A stretch of 64,000 nt of DNA from Candidatus Poribacteria bacterium. GTDB lineage: Bacteria > Poribacteria > WGA-4E > WGA-3G. The notes under the pieces are model-generated. The model saw only the letters and a list, made by a program, of their open reading frames with translations. It was not told where the DNA came from and did not search any database. Below are positions 28,841 to 38,894 of the stretch, in pieces. The first letter of the stretch is position 1. Each line of letters starts with the position of its first letter. The stretch spans positions 5,184,001 through 5,248,000 of the forward strand of contig OZ242029.1 of the NCBI GenBank assembly GCA_965205015.1, read 5' to 3'. A program made the position numbers and the translations under genes.

Positions 28841-30172
28841 ATGCAGGCACAACTGGTTGACTCCCTCTCTGACAAGGAAGCTGAACAAGCCGTCTTGGGC
28901 GCGATGATGACCGAGAAATCAGTTATTCCGCCAGTAATCACCAAGCTCGGCCAGACCGCTGATGTGTTTTTCACTGTAGACCATCAGTTGATCTATTCAG
29001 TGATCCTTGCTGTATATGACCGGGTTAGCAGTGCGGATCCCCTTCTTGTTGCTGATGAATTGAAACGGAGGGACCAGTTGAATCGCGCAGGGGGAACGGA
29101 GTACTTATACGAACTACAGGCGCCAATTGTAGAGACCGAGAGTACGGAGTTTTACGCAGATATCCTATATGAAAAGGCGACGCGCCGTCGATTAATTCGA
29201 GCGACCGCTGAGATTCGCGAGATGGCGTACGACGAAAGTGTAGAAATCGTTGAAGTGCTGAATCAATCACAGGAAGCGGTTTTTGATCTGAGTCAGTCAG
29301 ATACCCAACGCGGGTTTGTCGCTATCCACTCCTTACTCACAGAGAGTCTGAGTGCGGTTGAACGTTTGTATCACAAAAAGAGTAGATATTTAGGCGTGCC
29401 AACCGGTTTTATGGATTTTGACCATCTGACATCCGGGCTGCAACCCGGTAATCTTATTATCATTGCTGCTCGACCGAGCATGGGAAAAACGACCTTGGTG
29501 CTGAACATCGCACAAAACATCTCCCTTGAACAAAAGCGTCCCGTCGCCATTTTTAGTCTTGAGATGCCGTCCCAGGATATCGCTATGCGAATGTTAGCCA
29601 CCGAATCCCGAATTGATTTTAAACGGCTCCGAACCGGTAACTTCGGTGAAGAGCATTGGAGACCTTTGACCGAAAGCGCAAGTCGATTGGCAGAAGCCCC
29701 GGTCCTCATTAACGATAATCGGGGTCTTACCGTTCAAAGTTTACGCGCCGAGGGCCGACGCTTAAAAGGCGAACACAGCAATCTGGCACTCATTATCGTT
29801 GATTACCTGCAACTCTTGAGAGGGACGGGTAGATATCATTCGCGTGAACAGGAGATTTCTGAAATTTCACGCGCTTTGAAAATCCTTGCTTGGGAACTGA
29901 ATGTTCCGATTATCGCGTGTTCGCAATTGAGTCGTGAGATTGAGCGGCGTCCTGATAAACGTCCGCAACTTTCAGATTTACGGGAGTCCGGGGCAATCGA
30001 ACAGGATGCCGATCTCGTCGCCTTTTTACACCGGGATGATTATTACGAAGATGAAGATATCGCAGAGAGGGTTGAAGCCTTCATCATGATTAAGAAACAA
30101 CGGAATGGACCGACTGGCGTCGTCCCTCTCTTTTTTACAAAAAATCAGATGCGGTTTGAGAACCCCAGTTAG
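28841..30172 (+). CDS. dnaB: Replicative DNA helicase
   Basis: AARPSMGKT, DYLQL, SQLSR, LRESGAIEQDAD, KQRNG. Confidence 0.97.
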   Translation: MQAQLVDSLSDKEAEQAVLGAMMTEKSVIPPVITKLGQTADVFFTVDHQLIYSVILAVYDRVSSADPLLVADELKRRDQLNRAGGTEYLYELQAPIVETESTEFYADILYEKATRRRLIRATAEIREMAYDESVEIVEVLNQSQEAVFDLSQSDTQRGFVAIHSLLTESLSAVERLYHKKSRYLGVPTGFMDFDHLTSGLQPGNLIIIAARPSMGKTTLVLNIAQNISLEQKRPVAIFSLEMPSQDIAMRMLATESRIDFKRLRTGNFGEEHWRPLTESASRLAEAPVLINDNRGLTVQSLRAEGRRLKGEHSNLALIIVDYLQLLRGTGRYHSREQEISEISRALKILAWELNVPIIACSQLSREIERRPDKRPQLSDLRESGAIEQDADLVAFLHRDDYYEDEDIAERVEAFIMIKKQRNGPTGVVPLFFTKNQMRFENPS

Positions 30173-30174
30173 AT

Positions 30175-30278
30175 GGCTGTCAGCACGCGACGCTTTCAGT
30201 TCGGTTTTCAGTTAAGAGGTATTTTGCCGAAATCAGAACCCTCTTTTAACCGATAACTGACAACTGACAACTGGTAAC
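30175..30278. repeat. Heptamer-tandem palindromic element
   Basis: ttcagtt cggtttt cagttaagagg ... cctcttttaaccgataa ctgacaa ctgacaa ctg. Confidence 0.75.
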
Positions 30279-30293
30279 GATTACACTAAAAAT

Positions 30294-31118
30294 ATGGAGC
30301 AGCAGCCCACTATATACGAAGCCCCGGGTGGTTTCCGTGATTTGGTTAAGATCCGGTTGCACAACGTGCTTTCCGAGATAGGACACGCCTTTACGCTCTT
30401 TTTTCAAACCCTTATCCAAATTTTTCGTCCTCCCTTTCAGTTTGATCTGTTAGTTAAGCAGTTGTTGTTGATCGGCTTCAATTCTTTAGCGGTTGTTATT
30501 GTCTCTGGGTTTTTCACGGGAATGGTGTTGGGCGTTCAGGGATATATTCAACTCAAACCTTATGCGGTGGAAGGCTCGGTGGCGAGATTTGTCTGTGTCT
30601 CAGTCGTGAAGGAACTCGGGCCAATGATTACTGCGTTTGTGCTTGCCGGACGTATCGGTGCCTCAATTACTGCTGAACTTTCAACGATGAAGGTTACGGA
30701 GCAAATTGACGCACTTGAAGTGATGGGCACAAATCCTGTCAAATATCTGGTTGTGCCGCGGTTTCTCGCCTGTTCTATGATGTTGCCGACGCTTACGATC
30801 TATTCGACGTTTGCGGGCATTGCTGGCGGTTTCGTCGCTGTTGTTACGCTATTTGATGTAAATGGTTCCTTCTTTCTCTTGGAAGTACAGAAGAATCTTT
30901 TTGTCGGAAGTGTTCTGATTAGTTTGATTAAAGCGACTTCCTTCGGAATGGCGATTGCTGCGGTCGGTTGCTACAAGGGCTTTAGTATCTCGACGGCGGG
31001 TGGAGCAGAGGGGGTTGGAATTGCTACAACTGGCTCTGCTGTAATCTCTCTTATTGCAATTCTCGTTTTAGATTTTGTCTTGAATCATATACTCTTTAAC
31101 ATTTTGGGGTTGGTATAA
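30294..31118 (+). CDS. mlaE: MlaE-family ABC permease
   Basis: KELGP, AGRIGA..TAELSTMKVTEQIDAL. Confidence 0.93.
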   Translation: MEQQPTIYEAPGGFRDLVKIRLHNVLSEIGHAFTLFFQTLIQIFRPPFQFDLLVKQLLLIGFNSLAVVIVSGFFTGMVLGVQGYIQLKPYAVEGSVARFVCVSVVKELGPMITAFVLAGRIGASITAELSTMKVTEQIDALEVMGTNPVKYLVVPRFLACSMMLPTLTIYSTFAGIAGGFVAVVTLFDVNGSFFLLEVQKNLFVGSVLISLIKATSFGMAIAAVGCYKGFSISTAGGAEGVGIATTGSAVISLIAILVLDFVLNHILFNILGLV

Positions 31119-31206
31119 TTAGCCGTCAGGCATCAGCCGTCGGTAAAGAGGTTTTCGCCTTATAAAGGTATAAAGGTTTCCTCAATGTATAATAAGAATA
31201 ATAAGA

Positions 31207-31356
31207 ACCGTAGCCTGCAACAATACGCAGAAATACCCAAGCAATACGCAGAAATGCCCAAGCAAAAACACCCCAAGCAAAAACACGCAGGCGGATATGA
31301 GCAACGCCCGTCAAAGTCCAAACGCACGCTGTGTCTCCGCAAGGTAAAATTAAAAG
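31207..31356 (+). repeat. Start-codon-abutting leader element, copy 3 (with duplicated internal cassette)
   Basis: accgtagcctgcaacaat[...]gcaggcggat...tctccgcaaggtaaaattaaaag-ATG; 21-bp and 15-bp tandem duplications inside. Confidence 0.8.
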
Positions 31357-32136
31357 ATGATTTCAATTAGGAATATCACAAAAAATTTTGGGGGCAAAAG
31401 CGTTTTAAATGGGTTAAGCCTCGAAATTCCGAGCGGTGAGACGCTTGTGATTATGGGACAGAGTGGGTGTGGTAAGAGTGTACTCCTCAAGATTATTACT
31501 GGATTAATGTCTGCGGATTCCGGTGAAATTTGGTTTGATGGAACGGAAATATCAAGCCTAAAAGGCAAAAAAATAAATAACCTCCGCCGAAGGATTGGAA
31601 TGTTATTTCAATCTGCTGCGCTTTTTGATTCGATGACCGTCGCGGAGAACGTCGCTTTTATGCTCGATCAGCATACAGATCTCAACAAGCGAGAGGTGCG
31701 TAAGGTTGTTGACGAGAAGCTCGGTCTTGTGGATTTAGAAGGGGTCCAAGACTTGCGTCCTGCTGAATTGAGTGGCGGGATGCGAAAACGGGTGGGACTC
31801 GCACGCGCCTTGGCGTTTGATCCAGAGGTTATTCTCTACGATGAACCCACGACCGGGCTTGACCCGGTTACCTGTACCGAAATCAATCAACTTATTCGAG
31901 ATCTCCATGAGAGGTTGCAAGTCACCTCCGTTGTGGTTACACATGATATGCACAGTGCCTTCAGTGTCGCGACCCGAATGGCGATGATTCACGAAGGTCG
32001 GCAGGTCGCATACGGCAGGCCAGATGAAATTATCAACATCGACGATCCCATTTTGCAACAGTTCATTCTATTTGGAGCACCAGATCAGATTCTCAACATG
32101 GAAAATCCCATTTTGAAAAGGTATTTGGGGAGGTAG
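31357..32136 (+). CDS. mlaF: MlaF-family ABC ATPase
   Basis: GQSGCGKS, FQSAALFDS, LSGGMRKRV, YDEPTTGLDP. Confidence 0.93.
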   Translation: MISIRNITKNFGGKSVLNGLSLEIPSGETLVIMGQSGCGKSVLLKIITGLMSADSGEIWFDGTEISSLKGKKINNLRRRIGMLFQSAALFDSMTVAENVAFMLDQHTDLNKREVRKVVDEKLGLVDLEGVQDLRPAELSGGMRKRVGLARALAFDPEVILYDEPTTGLDPVTCTEINQLIRDLHERLQVTSVVVTHDMHSAFSVATRMAMIHEGRQVAYGRPDEIINIDDPILQQFILFGAPDQILNMENPILKRYLGR

Positions 32137-32137
32137 T

Positions 32138-33694
32138 ATGAACTTTTGGACGGCTTCCGTAAAAGTCGGTGTTATGGTTCTTATCGCAATCGTATTTCTG
32201 ACAATTCTGCTGACGAATGCTGAGAATTGGCCCTGGGCAACTGCTGGTGATGAACTGACGTTTCAGTTTCGTTCTGTCAACGGGCTTTATGTCGGAGCAG
32301 GTGTTTACCTATATGGGGTCCCAATTGGCAAAGTAACGGCGATCGACCTCCGTCCTGATACGGATAATGTGCACATCAAAGCGAAAGTCAAAAACGCATT
32401 TGAGTGGTTGAGGGAGGGGTGTAGTGCCAGAATTTCTATGAATGGGTTTGTTGGAGAAATTTATATCGCACTTGACAATGGACCGGTGGAGAACCCGATA
32501 TTAAAGCCAGTGAACTTGCCGATTGTTGGAAAAGATCCTGTCAATGCCTTGGAGCTCCTTGAACAGACAAGTGCTGGTATGACACAGGCTATTGAACTGA
32601 CAACGGCTGCCAATGAAGTGCTACAAGCCAACCAAGAGGCGATTCAGCTCGCCATCAAAGAGATTCGAGAGGTTGTCGCACTCACTGGCAAAACCATTGA
32701 GAAGTTAAGCGTTGACTCTGAAGAAACGGTACAAACTTTAACGCAACTCGCCTTAGAAAACGATAGACGGTTTCAGGGAACCCTCGTAAAGGTAAATAAC
32801 CTTATCGCACAGTTGGAAGGCGATTCCCTGATGGTGAGCAGTCAAATAAGTGACATTACGCGTGAACTTTTGAGACTGCTGAATCAGAATTCACCGAAAC
32901 TCAACACTATTTTTACCGATATTCGCGCAACAACATCAGAATTTCGACAGATAACACAGGATTTTCGCTCAGATTTCGAGGCATTAGCGACACAGGTGTC
33001 TGCCCTCGTTTCCCAAAGTAGTCGTGCTATCGAATCGGGGGAAGCGAATATCGAACCAATATTAGAAAATCTAAAGGCGACGACTGCTTCGGTCGCTGTG
33101 CTGGAAGCGAGCGTCAATCGTTTCCTGACGACGCTTAGCGAAGGGGAGGGGACCGTTGCCCAGTTGTTGAATACACCGGAACCCCTTGAAGATGTCCGCC
33201 GAACCTTGCAAAACGTTGACGAAACGATGAATGCCGTGACGGAACTTTCTCAACGCACTGAGGCGCAGCTGCAACGATTTGATTTACCGCAGTTTGGCTG
33301 GGATTATGAACTCCGTTATCTCAGTCTCGAAGAGCGACTCTACAACGAATTAGCATTTTCACTGTCTCAAAGACCCAATGCCCGCTATAGATTCGGAGTC
33401 GGTGTTCAAGATGAAAAGATTCGGTTTGAGTTTCAGTATGCACATGATGTAACAGACTTTCTCCGCGCACGTGCCGGATTCATGCGTTCCAAGATCGGCG
33501 CAGGCCTCGATGTGTGGGTGTGGTCCCGGCGTTTCGGCGTCAGCGTTGAAGGTGTAGGGTTGACAAGTGCGGAACCGGAGTTGAACGCTGAAGTCGCGTT
33601 TCGGTTCTTCCGATATGGACAATTTCTACTTGGAGCAGAGAATTTGACCCGTGAGAGACGTTGGACGACAGGATTTCGCTTTTTTGATTTTTAA
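32138..33694 (+). CDS. mlaD: Long MlaD/MCE protein with helical stalk and C-terminal beta-rich domain
   Basis: N-terminal TM; MCE motif VNGLYVGAGVYLYGVPIGKV; long helical region; amphipathic strands ending in Phe. Confidence 0.85.
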   Translation: MNFWTASVKVGVMVLIAIVFLTILLTNAENWPWATAGDELTFQFRSVNGLYVGAGVYLYGVPIGKVTAIDLRPDTDNVHIKAKVKNAFEWLREGCSARISMNGFVGEIYIALDNGPVENPILKPVNLPIVGKDPVNALELLEQTSAGMTQAIELTTAANEVLQANQEAIQLAIKEIREVVALTGKTIEKLSVDSEETVQTLTQLALENDRRFQGTLVKVNNLIAQLEGDSLMVSSQISDITRELLRLLNQNSPKLNTIFTDIRATTSEFRQITQDFRSDFEALATQVSALVSQSSRAIESGEANIEPILENLKATTASVAVLEASVNRFLTTLSEGEGTVAQLLNTPEPLEDVRRTLQNVDETMNAVTELSQRTEAQLQRFDLPQFGWDYELRYLSLEERLYNELAFSLSQRPNARYRFGVGVQDEKIRFEFQYAHDVTDFLRARAGFMRSKIGAGLDVWVWSRRFGVSVEGVGLTSAEPELNAEVAFRFFRYGQFLLGAENLTRERRWTTGFRFFDF

Positions 33695-33703
33695 TTTTTC
33701 GGC

Positions 33704-33724
33704 ACCGCAAGGTAAAATTAAAGA
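33704..33724 (+). repeat. Start-codon-abutting leader element, copy 4 (3' end only)
   Basis: accgcaaggtaaaattaaaga-ATG. Confidence 0.7.
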
Positions 33725-35086
33725 ATGGCACGAGAGAGACGCAAATTTGTCTGTCAAGAATGTGGATATACAACGCCAAAGACGCTCGGGCGGTGTCCGA
33801 GTTGTAGGAGTTGGCAGAGTTTCGCCGAGGAGGTAGAAACCCTCACGACCCAATCAAAACATCGTGATATCGGACAAGTGTCTCGTGAACCCGAACCCAT
33901 TTCGCAGGTTACAGCAAACGAAGTCGAGCGACATCTAACGGGAATGTTGGAGTTTGACAGAGTCCTGGGCGGTGGGATTGTGCCGGGGTCTGTTGTCCTT
34001 ATCGGTGGCGATCCCGGGATAGGCAAGTCTACGTTGTTACTACAAGCCGGTGATGCATTGAGTCGGAGTTATGGGGATGTGTTGTACGTTTCCGGCGAAG
34101 AATCTGTGAGCCAGACGAAACTCCGTGCAACTCGACTCGGTGTTGCGTCTGATACGCTCTATGTGCTGTGTGAAAACAATTTGGAGCAGATTGAGAAGTA
34201 TATTGAGGCGCGAGCACCGAAGGTCGTCATCGTCGATTCGATACAGACGGTTTATTTGTCGAGCATCCCATCTGCGCCTGGGAGTGTCACTCAGATTCGT
34301 GAATGTGCAGGGCATCTCCTAATTTGTGCAAAGAATCGGAATATTCCAGTATTTCTCGTTGGGCATGTGACAAAGGAAGGGGCACTCGCGGGACCGCGCG
34401 TATTAGAGCACATGGTGGATACTGTCCTCTATTTTGAAGGTGAACAACACCACATTTACCGCATTCTTCGAGCGATCAAAAATCGGTTCGGTTCCACGAA
34501 TGAGATCGGAATCTTTGAAATGCAAAGCACGGGTCTCGTGGATGTGATGAACCCGTCAGAACTCTTTTTAAGCAACAGAGAGGCAGCGGTTTCAGGGTCC
34601 GTTGTCGTTTCAAGTATAGAGGGGACCCGACCCTTGCTCATGGAAGTGCAGGCACTCGTCGTACCAACGCATTACGGAAACCCTCGCAATACGGCAGCTG
34701 GGGTGGACCGACACCGGATCGCTTTACTCATTGCGGTACTAAATAAAAGGGTAGGGATTAACGTCGGAGATTCTGATGTTTTTGTTAACGTTACGGGAGG
34801 ATTGCGCATTGATGAACCTGGGATAGACCTCGGCGTAATGATGGCAATATCCTCAAGTCATCGCGATCTCCCTGTAGATCGGAAGACTGTTGTGATCGGT
34901 GAGGTGGGGCTTGGTGGTGAAATTCGTCCGGTGACGCATGTTGAAAGACGAATCCGGGAAGCCGCAAAGTTAGGCTTCAGACGAGTGATCTTCCCGGAAT
35001 ATAACCGCAAAGGCTTGGAAATTGATGAGGACATTGAACTTATAGGTGTTAGTGACGTATATGACAGTCTCGGAACTTTGCTGTAA
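33725..35086 (+). CDS. radA: DNA repair protein RadA/Sms
   Basis: C4 Zn finger, GDPGIGKST, KNRFG. Confidence 0.97.
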   Translation: MARERRKFVCQECGYTTPKTLGRCPSCRSWQSFAEEVETLTTQSKHRDIGQVSREPEPISQVTANEVERHLTGMLEFDRVLGGGIVPGSVVLIGGDPGIGKSTLLLQAGDALSRSYGDVLYVSGEESVSQTKLRATRLGVASDTLYVLCENNLEQIEKYIEARAPKVVIVDSIQTVYLSSIPSAPGSVTQIRECAGHLLICAKNRNIPVFLVGHVTKEGALAGPRVLEHMVDTVLYFEGEQHHIYRILRAIKNRFGSTNEIGIFEMQSTGLVDVMNPSELFLSNREAAVSGSVVVSSIEGTRPLLMEVQALVVPTHYGNPRNTAAGVDRHRIALLIAVLNKRVGINVGDSDVFVNVTGGLRIDEPGIDLGVMMAISSSHRDLPVDRKTVVIGEVGLGGEIRPVTHVERRIREAAKLGFRRVIFPEYNRKGLEIDEDIELIGVSDVYDSLGTLL

Positions 35087-35144
35087 TACAATTCGTAATT
35101 TGTTGATAGTTATAAAATCTAAGTTGGATTGATGGAGCAAAAAA

Positions 35145-36173
35145 ATGAAAGTTTGGGGTATCCGTCTCTTTTTTATTCTTGCAAGTGCGACAGGCTGCTA
35201 TGTCATTTACAGGGACCTGACTGCAGCGGGTGTCGGCCTTGTGATTGCCCTTCTCCTTATTGGGGCAGAAATTTGTCTGCGTACCCCCAGTGTACGTAGT
35301 ATCATTGCGAGTCTGATAGGGCTTGCTGTAGGTCTGTTAGTTGCTCTTACCATACTACCTCTGCTTTCGCAACTTGATGGTCATCTAAAGATAGTAATGG
35401 TTCTCAGTCTGGGTTACGTGGGCATGATGGGGGGGTATCATCTTTCTACAAACTTGGATTTCATCCAGCTTCCCCGAGCAAATACGTCCGCCCGCCCTGG
35501 CGAGTCACGTTCGATTCAAGCTGCAAGTAACTTCAAAATTTTAGACACAAGTGTTATTATTGATGGTAGAATCCTTGAGATCTGTCAAACGAGATTTATT
35601 GAAGGCACGCTTGTCATTCCACGGTTTGTTCTCAATGAGTTGCAACATATTGCGGATTCAACGGAACCATTGCGGCGAAATAAAGGACGGCGCGGTTTCG
35701 ATATTCTCCGAGCGCTTCAGAACAACCCAGCGATTGATGTTGAGATCTCAGAGGAGGAAGTGCCGCATTTGCCGGAGGTGGATGCAAAGTTAGTTCATCT
35801 CGCGCAAAAGCAAGGCGCAACGATTATCACAAATGATTTAAATCTCAACAAGGTTGCTGAATTGCAGAGTGTGAAGGTCCTGAATATCAATGAATTGTCA
35901 AACGCTGTCCGGCCTGTCGTCATTGCCGGGGAGGTCATTCAAGTACTGCTCCTCAAGGAAGGCAAGGAACCGAATCAGGGAGTTGGCTATCTTGATGATG
36001 GAACGATGGTGATTGTTGAAGATGGCAAGCCCTATATCGGAAGTACGCTTAACGTTGAAGTTACACAGATGTTACGGACGAGTGCAGGTCAGATGATTTT
36101 CACGCGAATAAAAGAACATGAAGTGGACACTGATGAACAGCAAAGTCTGCGCGCTTATCCCCGCAGCTGGTAA
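35145..36173 (+). CDS. Membrane PIN/TRAM-domain protein (YacL-like)
   Basis: ILDTSVIIDGRI, GVGYLDDGTMVIVE; position between radA and ispD. Confidence 0.92.
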   Translation: MKVWGIRLFFILASATGCYVIYRDLTAAGVGLVIALLLIGAEICLRTPSVRSIIASLIGLAVGLLVALTILPLLSQLDGHLKIVMVLSLGYVGMMGGYHLSTNLDFIQLPRANTSARPGESRSIQAASNFKILDTSVIIDGRILEICQTRFIEGTLVIPRFVLNELQHIADSTEPLRRNKGRRGFDILRALQNNPAIDVEISEEEVPHLPEVDAKLVHLAQKQGATIITNDLNLNKVAELQSVKVLNINELSNAVRPVVIAGEVIQVLLLKEGKEPNQGVGYLDDGTMVIVEDGKPYIGSTLNVEVTQMLRTSAGQMIFTRIKEHEVDTDEQQSLRAYPRSW

Positions 36174-36834
36174 GGGAAGTCGGATGGCGCATTCGGTGAA
36201 AAAGCCTTACTTAAAATTGGCACAAAAGCCGATTTTGGCACATACGATTCAGCGGTTTGAGCAAAATAGTGCTGTAGACGCCATTTTCGTCATTGTTGAC
36301 CGAGATGATTTTAGGGACTGTCACACTGCTGTGCTACATCCTTACCGATTTACAAAGGTACAGGAACTGGTTGCGGGAGGAGAAACCCGCCAGATGTCCG
36401 TCTATAACGGGGTACGTGCCTTGTCGGCAGATGTTGATTTCGTGATCGTCCATGATGGCGTGCGGCCTTTTGTGAAGGATGAGATCATTTTCGAGTGCCT
36501 CACCGCCGCAGACGAGTGTGGCGCGGCTGTTGCAGCCGTGCCAGTCAAGGATACAATTAAAATCGTCAACGAAGACGGTTTCATCGTTGAAACACCAGGG
36601 CGTGATCAGCTGTGGGCGGTGCAAACCCCGCAAGTTTTTCGGAAATCTCTTTTAGAGGAGGCACATCAAGCCGCACAAGCACGCCAACTTACAGTGACTG
36701 ATGATGCCTCTCTTGTTGAACAACTCGGTTTTCCTGTTAAGCTCGTGAAGGGAAGTTACGCGAATCTAAAGATAACGACACCTATTGATTTACGAGTCGC
36801 TGAAGTGTTGATCTCAGATGCTACCCTTTGGTAA
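36133..36834 (+). CDS. ispD: 2-C-methyl-D-erythritol 4-phosphate cytidylyltransferase
   Basis: PAAGKGSRM, HDGVRP, QTPQ, NLKITT. Confidence 0.95.
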   Translation: MNSKVCALIPAAGKGSRMAHSVKKPYLKLAQKPILAHTIQRFEQNSAVDAIFVIVDRDDFRDCHTAVLHPYRFTKVQELVAGGETRQMSVYNGVRALSADVDFVIVHDGVRPFVKDEIIFECLTAADECGAAVAAVPVKDTIKIVNEDGFIVETPGRDQLWAVQTPQVFRKSLLEEAHQAAQARQLTVTDDASLVEQLGFPVKLVKGSYANLKITTPIDLRVAEVLISDATLW

Positions 36835-36835
36835 A

Positions 36836-36932
36836 TGGTTTTCGGTTCGGATTTTCTGCGAAGATCCTTTCAGTTTTCGGTTTTCAGTAAAGAGTTTTCA
36901 TCTCTTAACCGACAACTGATAACTGGCAACTA
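36836..36932. repeat. Heptamer-tandem palindromic element
   Basis: tcagttt tcggttt tcag taaagag ... ctcttaaccgacaa ctgataa ctggcaa. Confidence 0.75.
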
Positions 36933-36945
36933 TGTATGAGAAAAA

Positions 36946-37419
36946 ATGCGAGTAGGTATTGGTTACGACGTCCATCGATTGGTCTCTGATAGAAAATTAA
37001 TTCTCGGTGGCGTTGAGATCTCACATCATTTGGGATTGTTAGGGCATTCGGATGCGGATGTTCTGACCCACGCGATCGTAGATGCAATTTTAGGAGCAGC
37101 CGCACTCGGTGATATTGGCACACATTTTCCCGATACGGATGATCGTTATCAAGGGATGGACAGCCTTATTTTTCTGGCATCGGCGGCAGCAAAGGTGAGA
37201 CAATGTGGCTACCAGATTGAAAATGTGGATAGCACAGTTATCGCACAGCGTCCGAAATTGGCACCCTACATTTCGGAAATGCGCGCACGACTTGCCAAAA
37301 CGCTTGATATTACTGTCGCACAGGTGAACGTGAAGGCTACCACAGCGGAAGAATTGGGCGTTGTCGGCGAAGGGAAAGCAATTGTCGCACACGCTACCGC
37401 CTGTCTTTCTCGGATATAG
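36946..37419 (+). CDS. ispF: 2-C-methyl-D-erythritol 2,4-cyclodiphosphate synthase
   Basis: [22 protein letters not shown]. Confidence 0.97.
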   Translation: MRVGIGYDVHRLVSDRKLILGGVEISHHLGLLGHSDADVLTHAIVDAILGAAALGDIGTHFPDTDDRYQGMDSLIFLASAAAKVRQCGYQIENVDSTVIAQRPKLAPYISEMRARLAKTLDITVAQVNVKATTAEELGVVGEGKAIVAHATACLSRI

Positions 37420-37452
37420 ATGTTTTTCCTACAGGAGCCCATAATTAAAAAT

Positions 37453-38883
37453 ATGAAGATCTATAACTCGCTGAGTCGACAATTGGAGGATTTTGTCCCG
37501 CTAAATCCCGAACAGGTATCTATCTACAGTTGTGGTCCAACTGTTTACGATTACATTCACATGGGTAACGCACGCACTGCTTTAGTGACGGATATTGTTC
37601 GGCGTTATTTAGTATATAAAGGGTACAAAGTCAAACTGGTTCAAAATTTGACGGATATTGATGATAAGATTATTAATCGTGCGGCAGAATTAGGAGTCAG
37701 TGCAAAGCATCTCGCGCATGAGAAAGGCGAAGCCTTCTTTGAAGATTCCCAACGCCTCGGTATCCATTGTGCGGATGTTCATCCGAAAGCAACCGAACAC
37801 ATTCCGGAGATGATAAGTCTAATTCAGACCCTGATTGATAAAGGGGCGGCTTATGTTATTGATGGGAGTGTTTATTACCGCGTGAATCAATTTGCTGAAT
37901 ATGGGAAACTTTCTGGTCGAAAGCCCGAGGATCTCCTCGCGGGTGCCCGGGTTGAAGTTGATGAACGGAAGGAGGACCCGCGGGATTTTGATATGTGGAA
38001 AGCCGCGAAACCGGGGGAACCTGCTTGGGACAGCCCGTGGGGTAAAGGCAGACCCGGATGGCATATAGAATGTTCTGCCATGGCGATGAAACATCTCGGT
38101 GAGACGATTGATATTCACGCAGGTGGCGAAGATTTACTGTTCCCGCACCACGAAAATGAGATAGCACAGAGCGAAATGGCGACGGGGTGCACCTTCGCAC
38201 GTTACTGGATACACATCGCTTTTTTGAAAATTGACGGCAAACGAATGGGCAAATCGGAACATAATTTTATCCTGCTACGAGACGCTCTCGACCATTATCC
38301 GACCGAAGTGATTCGTCATTTCCTGATTTCGGCACATTACCGGCACCCACTTGACTACAATCCGGAGAGTTTGGCGAAATCCGAAGGGGCACTCAGGCGT
38401 TTGAACAACTGTTTGGACGCGTTGAAAAAATATGAGGGGTATAGGGACGAGGGACCCGCGTCCGATCGGGACAGGGAAACCCTGCCCCTACAGGATGCCA
38501 TCCAAACGATGAAATCGCGGTTTGTCGAGGCGATGGATACAGACTTCAACACCGCACAAGCACTTGGGGCTATTTTCACGCTTGTAGGTGAAGTCAACAG
38601 ATCGCTTGCCGCTTCTGATGGCGCAGCTGCCCCTGTTTTCGCGCACGCCTATCAGGCGTTGACTGAAACCTGTGAGGTGCTCGGAATTTACGATATGGAT
38701 GCCGAGGATGGCAACAACGTGGAACAACGCGACCAGCTCATTGCCCTACTATTGGACGTTCGACAGGAGGCGCGAAGCCGCAAAGACTGGGATACATCCG
38801 ATAAAATTCGGGACAGGCTTAAAGAACTCAACATTGAAATCCAGGACACCCGCGAGGGGGCTACTTGGAAAATTATATCATAA
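37453..38883 (+). CDS. cysS: Cysteine-tRNA ligase
   Basis: CGPTVY, HMGN, PGWHIECSAM, RMGKS, DFNT. Confidence 0.97.
   Translation: MKIYNSLSRQLEDFVPLNPEQVSIYSCGPTVYDYIHMGNARTALVTDIVRRYLVYKGYKVKLVQNLTDIDDKIINRAAELGVSAKHLAHEKGEAFFEDSQRLGIHCADVHPKATEHIPEMISLIQTLIDKGAAYVIDGSVYYRVNQFAEYGKLSGRKPEDLLAGARVEVDERKEDPRDFDMWKAAKPGEPAWDSPWGKGRPGWHIECSAMAMKHLGETIDIHAGGEDLLFPHHENEIAQSEMATGCTFARYWIHIAFLKIDGKRMGKSEHNFILLRDALDHYPTEVIRHFLISAHYRHPLDYNPESLAKSEGALRRLNNCLDALKKYEGYRDEGPASDRDRETLPLQDAIQTMKSRFVEAMDTDFNTAQALGAIFTLVGEVNRSLAASDGAAAPVFAHAYQALTETCEVLGIYDMDAEDGNNVEQRDQLIALLLDVRQEARSRKDWDTSDKIRDRLKELNIEIQDTREGATWKIIS
38440..38492. repeat. REP-like palindrome inside cysS
   Basis: tatagggacg...cgtcc...gggacagggaaaccctgcccctaca. 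Confidence 0.6.
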
Positions 38884-38894
38884 GGAGTAAGAAG

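Noticed and set aside
28841-30172. Intein in dnaB
   Set aside because: Normal length with contiguous motifs
31221-31291. Tandem repeats as CRISPR or as small ORF 31185-31370
   Set aside because: No unique spacers; the ORF is a translation of the leader repeat
33725-38883. radA-PIN/TRAM-ispD-ispF-cysS order as a novelty
   Set aside because: A known conserved neighbourhood (for example in Firmicutes)
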